Below are positions 1 to 13,383 of a stretch of 64,000 bases of DNA, in pieces. Position 1 is the stretch's first letter; each line of letters opens with the position of its first letter. Source of the stretch: Macrostomum hystrix (lineage: Eukaryota > Animalia > Platyhelminthes); the NCBI GenBank assembly GCA_950097015.1, contig CATNEN010000007.1, positions 13,082,001 to 13,146,000 of the forward strand, written 5' to 3'. A program made the translations under genes and the position numbers. The notes under the pieces were generated by a model that saw only the letters and a program-made list of their open reading frames with translations, was not told the DNA's origin and did no database searches.

Positions 1-206
1 GAATTTCTTTAGTCTAATCGGAATCCACCCGAATTTCTTTAGCCTAATCGGAATCCACCCGGATTTCTTTAGCCTAATCGGAATCCACCCGAATTTCTTT
101 AGCCTAATCGGAATCCACCCGAATTTCTTTAGTCTAATCGGGATCCACCCGAATTTCTTTAGCCTAATCGGGATCCACCCGAATTTCTTTAGCCTAATCG
201 GGATCC
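1..206. repeat. 30-bp intronic minisatellite (GAATTTCTTTAGCCTAATCGGAATCCACCC), ~7 copies, continues off the window
   Basis: Exact 30-nt periodicity. Confidence 0.95.
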
Positions 207-225
207 AACAAGATCTGGGACTTAC

Positions 226-3200
226 GAGCCCTGACAATCTTGCAGGCGTCCTCGGTCTCATCATCCCCGTAGTCGCAGTCGTAGAATCCATCGCACACCT
301 GGTCCATGGAGAGGCACCTGTGGGGTTCAGGTTTGCAGTATTTGATGATGATTTGGTTCCAGATGAAATATCACTAATAAGCCACTGAGCGCAAATTACT
401 TGTGGACTTTCTTGCAGTAGAACTGCTGGCTTGTGCAGGTGTCTGCAATGCGTAGCGCATTTATTTAGTACAGAGGAACACATGAGCTTGCAATTGGCTA
501 ACCCATTTGAGAGTCAAGTGACTCACAGTTCCTACAGAAGGTTTCGTCCTCGTCCTCCTTGCCCACGCAGTCGACATAGCCGTCACAGACCTGGCGCTCC
601 GCCACACAGCTAAACGAGCAGCGAGGAGATGAGTACATGAGTGAAACTTTTGTGAGGGGCGTGGCATTGACCCACTGACTCAGGATTCCCACTCAAGACC
701 TGGCATTGACCCACTGACTCAGGATTCACACTCAAGACCTGGCATTGACCCACTGACTCAGGATTCACACTCAAGACCTGGCATTGACCCACTGACTCAG
801 GATTCCCACCCAAGACCGGCATTGACCCACTGACTCAGGATTCACACCCAAGACCTGGCATTGACCCACTGACTCAGGATTCACACCCAAGACCCAGCAT
901 TGACCCACTGACTCAGGATTCACACCCAAGACCTGGCATTGACCCACTGACTCAGGATTCACACCCAAGACCTGGCATTGACCCACTGACTCAGGATTCA
1001 CACCCAAGACCTGGCATTGACCCACTGACTCAGGATTCACACCCAAGACCTGGCATTGACCCCTGCTCGCCCCCTGTCTCACACGGGCCGATAGCTGAGC
1101 ATGCTGGGGCAGAAAAAGTCCTCGGGCCGGTCGCACTCGTCGCTGTTAAATCCCGGCGCCATCTGCGGCCCGTCCTGCGGCTGCGGCGGCTGCTCCGAGC
1201 ACTGCCTGAGGCTGCAGTAGCCGAACACGTTGTTCTTGTTGTCCACCCAGCACCAGGGCTTCGCGTCGCCATCCGGGTTGCGGCAGAGGCCCTGCCCACT
1301 GAGACCGGCGTTCGGGTGCGTGTCCGGGTTGATCAGCTTATTTTCGCTCCACTGCTGGCATGGCGTGCCCTTGTCCGTCCTGTGGCGGGCGGCGGTGCTC
1401 ACACTGCACTTTAGCCGTAGCTTAGTTCCCGAGATCCAATCTGAACTTTTTTATGCGTCTTGTCCGGCTCTCCTACTACATCGATCTACTATCTCCAATC
1501 ACGTCTATTCTCTCAAATTTCATCTATTCTCTCCACCGAATCTATTCTCTCCACTTTCATACATTCTCTCCCCTTTCATACATTCTCTCCCCTTTCATAC
1601 ATTCTCTCCCCTTTCATGCATTCTCTCCCCTTTCATACATTCTCTCCCCTTTCATACATTCTCTCCCCTTTCATGCATTCTCTCCCCTTTCATACATTCT
1701 CACCCCTTTCATACATTCTCTCCCCTTTCATACATTCTCTCCCCTTTCATACATTCTCTCCCCTTTCATACATTCTCACCCCTTTCATACATTCTCTCCC
1801 CTTTCATGCATTCTCTCCCCTTTCATACATTCTCTCCCCTTTCATACATTCTCTCCACTTTCATACATTCTCTCCACTTTCATACATTCTCTCCCCTTTC
1901 ATGCATTCTCTCCCCTTTCATACATTCTCTCCCCTTTCATACATTCTCTCCACTTTCATACATTCTCTCCCCTTTCATACATTCTCTCCCCTTTCATACA
2001 TTCTCTCCACTTTCATACATTCTCTCCACTTTCATACATTCTCTCCCCTTTCATGCATTCTCTCCCCTTTCATACATTCTCTCCCCTTTCATACATTCTC
2101 TCCACTTTCATACATTCTCTCCCCTTTCATACATTCTCTCCCCTTTCATACATTCTCTCCACTTTCATACATTCTCTCCACTTTCATACATTCTCTCCCC
2201 TTTCATACATTCTCTCCCCTTTCATACATTCTCTCCACTTTCATACATTCTCTCCCCTTTCATACATTCTCTCCCCTTTCATACATTCTCTCCCCTTTCA
2301 TACATTCTCTCCCCTTTCATGCATTCTCTCCCCTTTCATACATTCTCTCCCCTTTCATACATTTTCTCCACTTTCATACATTCTCTCCCCTTTCATACAT
2401 TCTCTTCCCTTTCATACATTCTCTCCACTTTCATACATTCTCTCCACTTTCATACATTCTCTCCCCTTTCATACATTCTCTCCCCTTTCATACATTCTCT
2501 CCACTTTCATACATTCTCTCCCCTTTCATACATTCTCTCCCCTTTCATACATTCTCTCCCCTTTCATACATTCTCTCCACTTTCATACATTCTCTCCACT
2601 TTCATACATTCTCTCCCCTTACATACATTCTCTCCACTTTCATACATTCTCTCCCCTTTCATACATTCTCTCCCCTTTCATACATTCTCTCCACTTTCAT
2701 ACATTCTCTCCACTTTCATACATTCTCTCCCCTTTCATACATTCTCTCCCCTTTCATACATTCTCTCCACTTTCATACATTCTCTCCCCTTTCATACATT
2801 CTCTATTATCTCCACCGAATCTATTCTCTCCACCGAATCTATTCTCTCCACCGAATCTATTCTCTCCACCGAATCTATTCTCTCCACCGAATCTATTCTC
2901 TCCACCGAATCTATTCTCTCCACCGAATCTATTCTCTCCACCGAATCTATTCTCTCTACCGAATCTATTCTCTCCGCGCACCTGGCGGCGAGTCCGCGGT
3001 ACTCGGTGCCCTTGCCGTCGTAGCAGTCGGTGCTGCCCACAGCCAGCTTCTGACAGACGAATGGCAGGCGAGTCTTGCAGCTGACGTTGTCCCACCAGAA
3101 ATAGTTCACGTCCACGTCTCGCCCAGTGCGCAGATGCTGGAACAGCTTCGACATGGCGATGCAGGAGCGCTTCAGCGGGTCTCCGGCGGGCCGGGCGTCC

Positions 3201-6200
3201 TTTTGGGGCTCGAACCCGGGAAACCACAGCGGCTGCTTAGCCATGTGAATCGTGTCTACGAAGGCCCAGGAGGTGTGCTGGGCTCCTGCATCCCTGAAGG
3301 AGCCGAACTGGCCTCCTGTCCACACAGCGTTGAGAGCTGGCCGGCCGTAGGGCGATGAGCAAGTGAGCGAATTACTGAGCAGTGCGCTATCTTTATAGTT
3401 CTCATGCAACATGCACTACTCTTTCAAGATACTGTACAATACTGGCACTCTGATATCACTCTGCCCACTCTGACGTCATAGGAAAAGCCCTAACCGACTT
3501 TACTCATGTTAACTGGTCTGGCGAAATATGCCAGATACCAGAATGACTCAAGATAGCCTTGATACAGTTTGCTGTCATGGCCTTGATACAGTCTGCTGTC
3601 ATAGCCTTGAAACAGTTTGCTGTCATGTCCTTGATACAGTCTGCTGTCATAGCCTTGATACAGTCTGTTGTCATAGCCTTGATACAGTCTGCTGTCATAG
3701 CCTTGATACAGTCTGCTGTCATAGCCAATTGATACCGTCTGTTGTCATAGCCTTGATACAGTCTGCTGTCATAGCCTTCATACAGTCTGCTGTCATAGCC
3801 TTGATACAGTCTGCTGTCATAGCCTTCATACAGTCTGCTGTCATAGCCTTGATACAGTCTGCTGTCATAGCCTTCATACAGTCTGCTGTCATAGCCTTGA
3901 TACAGTCTGCTGTCATAGCCTTCATACAGTCTGCTGTCATAGCCTTGATACAGTCTGCTTTCATAGCCTTGATACAGTCTGCTGTCATAGCCTTGATACA
4001 GTCTGCTGTCATAGCCTTGATACAGTCTGCTGTCATAGCCTTCATACAGTCTGCTGTCATAGCCTTGATACAGTCTGCTGTCATAGCCTTCATACAGTCT
4101 GCTGTCATAGCCTTCATACAGTCTGCTGTCATAGCCTTGATACAGTCTGCTTTCATAGCCTTGATACAGTCTGCTGTCATAGCCTTCATACAGTCTGCTG
4201 TCAAACATTTGGCCTATAGCGTTCCTAGTTTTCCCAAAACTTCCCCATTTTCCACTTCCTTAGCAGAAATGCACTGGATTTGCTTGAAATTTGACATCCT
4301 GATCCCGCAGATGTGCTGCAGCTGATTACAAGTCAACTCACATCTGAACTTTGTGTACAGCATGTTGGTGATGTAGTTATTCTCCTCCAATGAGTTCACG
4401 GACACCAGCCTGGCTCCTTGGGCCTTGCAGGCGGCGGCGGCCTCCGAGGCCGTTTTCGGCTCCGTCTCAAGTCGGTAGCAAAGGCCATCAAAACTGGACC
4501 AGCCCCAATCACATCCTGAGAGTACGACGGCGAATGTCTAACTTTGCTGCGATTTTAGAGCGTTTCATTGCAAGTGAGGGACGGGAAAGCAGGGAGACAG
4601 TCAGGCTATGCCCGTCAGGCTGGGTCAGTCAGGCTGAGACAGTCAGGCTGGGACAGGCATGCTGAGACAGTCAGGCTGGGACAGGCATGCTGAGACAGTG
4701 AGGATGGGACAGGCATGCTGAGACAGTCAGGCTGGGACAGGCATGCTGAGACAGTGAGGATGGGACAGGCATGCTGAGACAGTCAGGCTGGTTCAGTCGG
4801 GCTGAGACAGTCAGGCTGGTTCAGTCAGGCTGAGACAGTCAGGCTGGTTCAGTCAGGCTGAGACAGTCAGGCTGGGACAGGCATGCTGAGACAGTGAGGA
4901 TGGGACAGTCATGCTGAGACAGTCAGGCTGGTTCAGTCAGGCTGAGACAGTCAGGCTGGGACAGGCATGCTGAGACAGTGAGGATGGGACAGTCATGCTG
5001 AGACAGTCAGGCTGGTTCAGTCAGGCTGAGACAGTCAGGCTGGGACAGTCAGGTTGGGACAGTCGGGCTGGGACAGTCAGGTTGGGACAGTCGGGCTGGG
5101 ACAGTCAGGTTGGGACAGTCGGGCTGGGACAGTCAGGTTGGGACAGTCGGGCTGAGATAGTTAGGCTGGGACAGTCAGGTTGGGACAGTCGGGCTGGGAC
5201 AGGCATGCTGAGACAGTGAGGATGGGACAGTCATGCTGAGACAGTCAGGCTGGGACAGGCATGCTGAGACAGTGAGGATGGGACAGTCGGGCTGAGACAG
5301 TCAGGCTGGGACAGTCAGGTTGGGACAGTCGGGCTGGGACAGTCAGGTTGGGACAGTCGGGCTGGGACAGTCAGGTTGGGACAGTCGGGCTGAGACAGTC
5401 AGGCTGGGACAGTCAGGTTGGGACAGTCGGGCTGGGACAGTCAGGCTGGGACAGTCGGGCTGGGACAGTCAGGTTGGGACAGTCGCGCTGGGACAGTCAG
5501 GTTGGGACAGTCGGGCTAGGACAGTCAGGTTGGGACAGTCGGGCTGGGACAGTCGGGCTGGGACAGTCAGGTTGGGACAGTCGGGCTGGGACAGTCAGGT
5601 TGGGACAGTCGGGCTGGGACAGTCAGGCTGGGACAGTCGGGCTGGGACAGTCGGGCTGGGACAGTCAGGCTGGGACAGTCGGGCTAGGACAGTCGGGCTG
5701 GGACAGTCAGGCAGTCAGGCACCTGTGTTGTAGATGCACTCCACACCGGCGGTGGAGTTGAGATCGCAGGCCGGCATGAGCTTGCGCTTGCAGTCAAACA
5801 GCGAGTTCTCGTCGCCGTCGTTCTTGCACTGCACGTGGCCCACAATGATGTCCCGCCGCTTGTAGTGCCCGACGCCGTAGTTGGAGTTCTTGTAGGCTCG
5901 GTTGGCGCCGCTGCGGGAAGGGCTTGCAGCTGTGACTTCCGCTGCCGGTCCCGCCACTTAGCAGACTTCGCTCAGCCCATCCAATCTCTTTCAATTGAAA
6001 CCATACTAATCCCACCCACTTACTGTCACCGATCCCATTTCGTATATCTTATTCAATCTCGTTAAAAGAACCCGATCTAATCTCACCTCATTTCATATCT
6101 CACGCTTCTAATCTAATCAAATGTTGTTCGATAAAACCCTATCTAGTCTAATTTATTTCAATGAAACCCAGTCTAATCTACGAATACTTCAATGGAACCC

Positions 6201-7851
6201 AATCTAATCTAATATATTTCAATGAAACCCAATCTAATCTAATATACTTCAATGAAACCCAATCTAATCTAATATATTTCAATGAAACCCAATCTAATCC
6301 AACCCCAGTAAATTCCACCCAATCTCAGTCCATCTAGCCTGGCTTCAGCTAATTTAGTCTCATGCAATCCCACGATAGTCTGTACCGCCTTTTCATTTGC
6401 CACCTTATCTTCTGCACTCTCCGCTCACAGCTCAAATCCCAGCTGGTGGCAGACCAGGGTGGCCTCGATCTGCTGCATGTAGTCGCCGCAGACAAGGCCC
6501 CAGACGCCGTGGTAGTTGACCTCGATGCGGCCTTCATTGGGGTTCATCTTAGCGAGCTCGCCGCGGATTCGCACTATCTGCGGAGTAGGCGGCACCCCGC
6601 CAGTGCGGTGTTTGGTGAGCACATCCGGCTCCGTGCCCGGCGAGGAGCGCGGGTAGCTCGCCTGCGGCTCCATGTTCGAGTCGCCGAACAGGCGCAGCGG
6701 GATGAAACTGCTGGCAGCATCGCGTCGGCTGCGCACCTGCCACGAACCCTCGACTGCGGGCAGGTGAGAGGTTGAGACTGGTGAGAGAAGCTCCCTAGTC
6801 AGGCCGCGAACCCTCGACTGCGGGCAGGTGAGAGGTTGAGACTGGTGAGAGAGGCTCCCTAGTCAGGCCGCGAACCCTCGACTGCGGGCAGGTGAGAGGT
6901 TGAGACTGGTGAGAGAAGCTCCCTAGTCAGGCCGCGAACCCTCGACTGCGGGCAGGTGAGAGGTTGAGACTGGGGAGAGAAGCTCCCTAGTCATGCCGCG
7001 AACCCTCGACTGCGGGCAGGTGAGAGGTTGAGACTGGTGAGAGAAGCTCCCTAGTCAGGCCGCGAACCCTCGACTGCGGGCAGGTGAGAGGTTGAGACTG
7101 GGGAGAGAAGCTCCCTAGTCAGGCCGCGAACCCTCGACTGCGGGCAGGTGAGAGGTTGAGACTGGTGAGAGAAGCTCCCTAGTCAGGCTGCGAACCCTCG
7201 ACTGCGGGCAGGTGAGAGGTTGAGACTGGGGAGAGAAGCTCCCTAGTCAGGCTGCGAACCCTCGACTGCGGGCAGGTGAGAGGTTGAGACTGGGGAGAGA
7301 AGCTCCCTAGTCAGGCTGCGAACCCTCGACTGCGGGCAGGTGAGAGGTTGAGACTGGTGAGAGAAGCTCCCTAGTCAGGCCGCGAACCCTCGACTGCGGG
7401 CAGGTGAGAGGTTGAGACTGGTGAGAGAAGCTCTCTAGTCAGGCCGCGAACCCTCGACTGCGGGCAGGTGAGAGGTTGAGACTGGGGAGAGAAGCTCCCT
7501 AGTCAGGCCGCGAACCCTCGACTGCGGGCAGGTGAGAGGTTGAGACTGGGGAGAGAAGCTCCCTAGTCATGCCGCGAACCCTCGACTGCGGGCAGGTGAG
7601 AGGTTGAGACTGGTGAGAGAAGCTCCCTAGTCACGCCGCTTACTATTTTCGTCATGCTGCTGGGAAGAGATCTTGTCCAGATCTTAAACCATGTCCAGAG
7701 AGACCTCACTCCGGCCCACCTGTCAGATCAAAGCCCCATTTGGTGTTGGAAACTCACGGCTTTTGACCGGTCTGTTCATCAGGCTCAGAGCAGCCATCGA
7801 GTCGACCAGCAGCAGTAGCGGCAGCAGCGGCAGCAGCAGCCGGGTCGGCAT
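226..7851 (-). CDS. Secreted modular protein: signal peptide-SRCR-C-type lectin-kringle-LDLa-LDLa..., 3' part outside the window (probably a Tequila/GRAAL/SVH-1-like modular serine protease)
   Basis: Exons (minus): 7851-7758 (MPTRLLLPLLPLLLLVDSMAA, signal peptide), 7682-7644 (AAG acceptor, symmetric phase 1), 6753-6429 (RSRR; SRCR EGRIEVNYHGVWGLVCGD), 5910-5723 (SRCR 2nd half), 4515-4342 (CTL CDWGWSSFDGLCY), 3336-2982 (CTL end, kringle CYDGKGTEYRG), 1379-1083 (kringle CRNPDGDAKPWC; LDLa start), 609-527, 442-400, 317-226 (LDLa CDGxxDCxxxxDE). All junctions are GT-AG and phase-compatible. No protease domain is visible in the window. Confidence 0.88.
663..1062. repeat. 39-bp intronic minisatellite, ~10 copies
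   Basis: Unit CACTGACTCAGGATTCACACCCAAGACCTGGCATTGACC. Confidence 0.95.
1523..2975. repeat. Compound intronic array: 19-bp (CTTTCATACATTCTCTCCC) plus 18-bp (CCGAATCTATTCTCTCCA)
   Basis: Direct periodicity; source of the spurious 540-630 aa ORFs. Confidence 0.95.
3555..4203. repeat. 24-bp intronic minisatellite (GATACAGTCTGCTGTCATAGCCTT), ~27 copies
   Basis: Direct periodicity. Confidence 0.95.
4592..5720. repeat. 14-bp intronic minisatellite (GGACAGTCAGGCTG and variants)
   Basis: Direct periodicity; abuts the donor at 5722. Confidence 0.95.
6135..6300. repeat. ~30-bp AT-rich intronic repeat (AATGAAACCCAATCTAATCTAATATATTTC), ~5 copies
   Basis: Degenerate periodicity. Confidence 0.85.
6744..7639. 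repeat. 64-bp tandem repeat, 14 copies, each containing the 3' splice site of the SRCR exon
   Basis: GAACCCTCGA starts at 6744, 6808 ... 7576; the minus-strand unit contains CTCTCACCTGCCCGCAG|TCGAGGGTTC. Confidence 0.95.
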
Positions 7852-9167
7852 GGCAAAAGCAGTATCAAGGAGAAGTCCACTAAGCGGTCAGGCAGGCAAA
7901 AAGTTGCGGAAGGAATTTCGGCATCTCCGCAGAAATCGCGGCCCGGTCGGTTTTCTTTTTATCTTTTCTGCGGTTCGCCGAGCCCACTCGCTCATCTGGT
8001 CGATAAAGCCGCAGACAAGCGGGGCGCTGCGGCTCCTGGCCCCAGCTGTCAGCGGCATCGCCCGGGTTGCTGGAGGCCGCCCCGTCATATTTCACCCCGA
8101 CCTCCCTGCCGTAATTGGCTCCCGTTCCGGCCAGCTCGAGAAAATAATTGGCTGCCCAACCTTCTGTCCCTAATTTAAAATGTTTTGCGCGCAGACAATT
8201 CTTTCCTCCTTCTGCGTATGTTGCTACTCACTATTAATCGAGAGTAGCATGTTGGGGCTCTTCGTATTTTGGTTCCTGCTTTTTAAAGTTAAAAATGCTT
8301 GTAGGAGATTGTAGTCCAGTGGTTAGAGTTTCCGATTTCTGAGCAAGAAGAGATGGATAGTTGATAGACGTTGCGGACCCAATCAATGGACTGAGCCGTT
8401 GTACACAGCCTTTGGAAGTACCCTGCAAAAGCAGCAAATGTGCTTCTGGCTGTACATGTGGCCTAACTGCATGACTTAGGTGCAAGTTTTATGCATAAAT
8501 TTCTGCAATGCAGCATTTTAATGCAGCATACATACATTATGCATTCTCTTACTGTTGTGAATTTAGTATGAACAGTTTGAGCATATATAGATGCCCAAAG
8601 CTTTCTCCATCTCCTGTGTTTCAGCTCTTTTGTCCTTCTTTATTTTGATCTTCATTTATCGGTTGCTGGGTCGTTGCTGGGCCCATTGCTGGGCCCGATG
8701 CTGTAGTCTCTACAGCCAGGGGAAGCCGCGGAGTCCAGGGACGGCGCGAACAGTTGCTTCCCGCACGCCTGTTTCCATGGCGCTGGCAAAACAAACTCCC
8801 CTTCGCTGCACAAAGTGAATCGGAACTGGCTGGCCGCTGGTCGGAAGTGACTGTGCTGGTTTGGGCACTTGGCCGGTTGCTGCGGAACACTCCGCCCACC
8901 TGTAACTCGATACCTGCTGTTGGTGGTTTTAAGGGGAAATCGGCAGGCATGTCAGAAGTGGCGGGTTTATGGTCGCAGGGGAGCCACCGAAACCTCTGCA
9001 GCCCAGCAGTTGGCAGATCGGGTTGCCTGCATTTTATTACCGGCCCGCTCTGATCCCCACTGGGAGAAATCCCAATGCTTAAGGCCTCGGCTCACTCAGG
9101 CGGGAAGCCGTGAAATCCGATCCGGTGATGAGATTTCCTGCGATCAACAACTGAAGGCAGCCTATTG

Positions 9168-9530
9168 TGGCGCCTGGCCTGCTTGGAGTAGGCTTGGAGG
9201 AGCTTCACAGAATACTCTGCTGGCTAATAGTCAGATCTGGCGCGCCTGGCCTGCTTGGAGTAGGCTTGGAGGAGCTTCACAGAATATTCTGCTGGCCTAA
9301 TAGTCAGATCTGGCGCGCCTGGCCTGCTTGGAGTAGGCTTGGAGGAGCTTCACAGAATATTCTGCTGGCCTAATAGTCAGATCTGGCGCGCCTGGCCTGC
9401 TTGAGTAGGCTTGGAGGAGCTTCACAGAATATTCTGCTGGCTAATAGTCAGATCTGGCGCGCCTGGCCTGCTTGGAGTAGGCTTGGAGGAGCTTCACAGA
9501 ATATTCTGCTGGCTAATAGTCAGATCTGGC
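9168..9530. repeat. 72-73-bp minisatellite, 5 copies
   Basis: Unit GGCGCGCCTGGCCTGCTTGGAGTAGGCTTGGAGGAGCTTCACAGAATATTCTGCTGGCTAATAGTCAGATCT. Confidence 0.95.
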
Positions 9531-10644
9531 TCTCAATGTTCGCGCGCAGGATGTATACAAGCGTATTTTGTTGCCGTGTTTTTGCACCGAGTCAAAAGTT
9601 GTGCTCACTGGATAGTTTTTATAGAATAAATAGTAAATATGAATTCATGCTCTCTCAAGTTATCGAGAAAAGTTTGCAGTAGACGACTCCCACTCCCCAC
9701 CTGGTGCTTAGGTGTCATTCCTTGATCACTCTCATCCGTAGGCCTTACAATCCTCACTCGAATGGGAATTGTGCCAAGTATCCGAAAAGCGGGTTTCCTC
9801 TCTCCCAATCTCATAGTCAGAGTGCGCGCGAGTCCGTCGGGAAGGCGCTGAGGTGCCTTACATTTTCCCGCAGCTAATTAAAGTTGGGCAAAAACAAAAT
9901 TGGTCGCTGGGCACGGATTGCGGAGGCTGGGCGGGTCGCGTGCGGCCCCCTAGTGGCAATTTGGCACAGAGCCGGGCGCCGATAAGGCGGCCCTACAAAA
10001 ACTGCCTCGCGGCCGACACACGCGACTGGTCGCTTGATGGAAGGCTTTGGATTTCTCGCCCCCTGGGTCGCCGGGTGAGATGGAGAGATAAAAAACTCTG
10101 GCACACGAGCGCCCGGCTTGGCCCGCTGCCAGCAATGTTCTCATAGAATTCTAAATATTTATGCCGGCATGTGTGCCGCCCCGCCTGCCTCCTAGAAGGC
10201 TGAGCAAACAATTGGAAAGCAGGGCGGGGGCCGCCCGGATACCCACTCAATGGGAGGAAATTCCCATTCTGTTCTCATTTAGTTCTCGCCGTCCCATTGG
10301 AAGTGGCCACTGCAGGGCCGTGAGCGCAAGTTGTCAAATTTATTTCTCCCTAATAGAAATTTCCCGCAGTTTGCCTCTCTAGCAAATATCCCCTCATTGT
10401 TGCATCATCTAAAAGCTTCTGAGAAATGTTTATTTTGAAACAGAAATAGCTGGACAGGGAGTTGGGCCTCAAGCGCAGGCGGTCAGACCCGAATTATTGA
10501 GATCAGAATTAAACTGCTCGGCTTAAAAATTATTAAAGGCTTGCAATTTACAATTCGAGCAGCTTACAGGCTATGCAGGAGTTCTTGGCTGTGAATTAAA
10601 AGTCCAGAAGAAAAAAACACTGCAGGTCAGGCATTTGGATAATA

Positions 10645-13383
10645 TGCGTGAATCTGATCTGTGAATCTAAATCAGTGCGTGAATGTGAACTGGGAATCTA
10701 AATCAGTGCGTGAATGTGATCTGTGAATCTAAATCAGTGCGTGAATGTGAACTGTGGATCTAAATCAGTGCGTGAATGTGATCTGTGAATCTAAATCAGT
10801 GCGTGAATGTGAACTGTGGATCTAAATCAGTGCGTGAATGTGATCTGTAAATCTAAATCAGTGCGTGAATGTGAACTGTGGATCTAAATCAGTGCGTGAA
10901 TGTGAACTGTGGATCTAAATCAGTGCGTGAATATGAACTGTGGATCTAAATCAGTGCGTGAATGTGAACTGTGGATCTAAATCAGTGCGTGAATGTGAAC
11001 TGTGGATCTAAATCAGTGCGTGAATGTGAACTGTGGATCTAAATCAGTGCGTGAATGTGATCTGTGGATCTAAATCAGTGCGTGAATGTGATCTGTGGAT
11101 CTAAATCAGTGCGTGAATATGAACTGTGGATCTAAATCAGTGCGTGAATGTGAACTGTGGATCTAAATCAGTGCGTGAATGTGATCTGTGAATCTAAATC
11201 AGTGCGTGAATGTGAACTGGGAATCTAAATCAGTGCGTGAATGTGAACTGGGAATCTAAATCAGTGCGTGAATGTGAACTGTGAATCTAAATCAGTGCGT
11301 GAATGTGAACTGGGAATCTAAATCAGTGCGTGAATGTGATCTGTGAATCTAAATCAGTGCGTGAATGTGATCTGTGAATCTAAATCAGTGCGTGAATGTG
11401 AACTGGGAATCTAAATCAGTGCGTGAATGTGATCTGTGAATCTAAATCAGTGCGTGAATGTGATCTGTGAATCTAAATCAGTGCGTGAATGTGATCTGTG
11501 AATCTAAATCAGTGCGTGAATGTGAACTGGGAATCTAAATCAGTGCGTGAATGTGATCTGTGAATCTAAATCAGTGCGTGAATGTGATCTGTGAATCTAA
11601 ATCAGTGCGTGAATGTGATCTGTGAATCTAAATCAGTGCGTGAATGTGAACTGGGAATCTAAATCAGTGCGTGAATGTGAACTGGGAATCTAAATCAGTG
11701 CGTGAATGTGATCTGTAAATCTAAATCAGTGCGTGAATGTGATCTGTGAATCTAAATCAGTGCGTGAATGTGAACTGGGAATCTAAATCAGTGCGTGAAT
11801 TTGATCTGTGAATCTAAATCAGTGCGTGAATGTGATCTGTGAATCTAAATCAGTGCGTGAATGTGAACTGTGAATCTAAATCAGTGCGTGAATGTGATCT
11901 GTGAATCTAAATCAGTGCGTGAATGTGAACTGGGAATCTAAATCAGTGCGTGAATGTGAACTGGGAATCTAAATCAGTGCGTGAATGTGATCTGTGAATC
12001 TAAATCAGTGCGTGAATGTGATCTGTGAATCTAAATCAGTGCGTGAATGTGATCTGTGAATCTAAATCAGTGCGTGAATGTGAACTGGGAATCTAAATCA
12101 GTGCGTGAATGTGAACTGGGAATCTAAATCAGTGCGTGAATGTGATCTGTGAATCTAAATCAGTGCGTGAATGTGAACTGGGAATCTAAATCAGTGCGTG
12201 AATGTGATCTGTGAATCTAAATCAGTGCGTGAATGTGATCTGTGAATCTAAATCAGTGCGTGAATGTGAACTGGGAATCTAAATCAGTGCGTGAATGTGA
12301 TCTGTGAATCTAAATCAGTGCGTGAATGTGATCTGTGAATCTAAATCAGTGCGTGAATGTGAACTGGGAATCTAAATCAGTGCGTGAATGTGAACTGGGA
12401 ATCTAAATCAGTGCGTGAATGTGAACTGGGAATCTAAATCAGTGCGTGAATGTGATCTGTAAATCTAAATCAGTGCGTGAATGTGATCTGTGAATCTAAA
12501 TCAGTGCGTGAATGTGAACTGGGAATCTAAATCAGTGCGTGAATTTGATCTGTGAATCTAAATCAGTGCGTGAATGTGATCTGTGAATCTAAATCAGTGC
12601 GTGAATGTGAACTGTGAATCTAAATCAGTGCGTGAATGTGATCTGTGAATCTAAATCAGTGCGTGAATGTGAACTGGGAATCTAAATCAGTGCGTGAATG
12701 TGAACTGGGAATCTAAATCAGTGCGTGAATGTGATCTGTGAATCTAAATCAGTGCGTGAATGTGATCTGTGAATCTAAATCAGTGCGTGAATGTGAACTG
12801 GGAATCTAAATCAGTGCGTGAATGTGAACTGGGAATCTAAATCAGTGCGTGAATGTGAACTGGGAATCTAAATCAGTGCGTGAATGTGAACTGGGAATCT
12901 AAATCAGTGCGTGAATGTGAACTGGGAATCTAAATCAGTGCGTGAATGTGATCTGTGAATCTAAATCAGTGCGTGAATGTGAACTGTGAATCTAAATCAG
13001 TGCGTGAATGTGAACTGGGAATCTAAATCAGTGCGTGAATGTGAACTGGGAATCTAAATCAGTGCGTGAATGTGAACTGGGAATCTAAATCAGTGCGTGA
13101 ATGTGATCTGTGAATCTAAATCAGTGCGTGAATGTGAACTGTGAATCTAAATCAGTGCGTGAATGTGAACTGGGAATCTAAATCAGTGCGTGAATGTGAA
13201 CTGGGAATCTAAATCAGTGCGTGAATGTGAACTGGGAATCTAAATCAGTGCGTGAATGTGATCTGTGAATCTAAATCAGTGCGTGAATGTGATCTGTGAA
13301 TCTAAATCAGTGCGTGAATGTGATCTGTGAATCTAAATCAGTGCGTGAATTTGATCTGTGAATCTAAATCAGTGCGTGAATTT
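10645..13383. repeat. 31-bp satellite A (GTGCGTGAATGTGAACTGGGAATCTAAATCA), ~88 copies
   Basis: Direct periodicity. Confidence 0.97.

Noticed and set aside
7644-7719. Alternative longer exon 2 using the CAG acceptor at 7720
   Set aside because: It gives an in-frame stop after the phase-1 exon 1
9942-9960. CTCF-like motif (CCACTAGGGGGC on minus)
   Set aside because: A single match is not unexpected by chance in 64 kb, and there is no supporting context
8200-10400. Short overlapping ORFs in GC-rich spacer islands (also 18.3-21.9 kb, 36.9-37.4 kb, 39.8-40.7 kb)
   Set aside because: No recognisable domains or exon chain; more likely cis-regulatory DNA of hes/phox2
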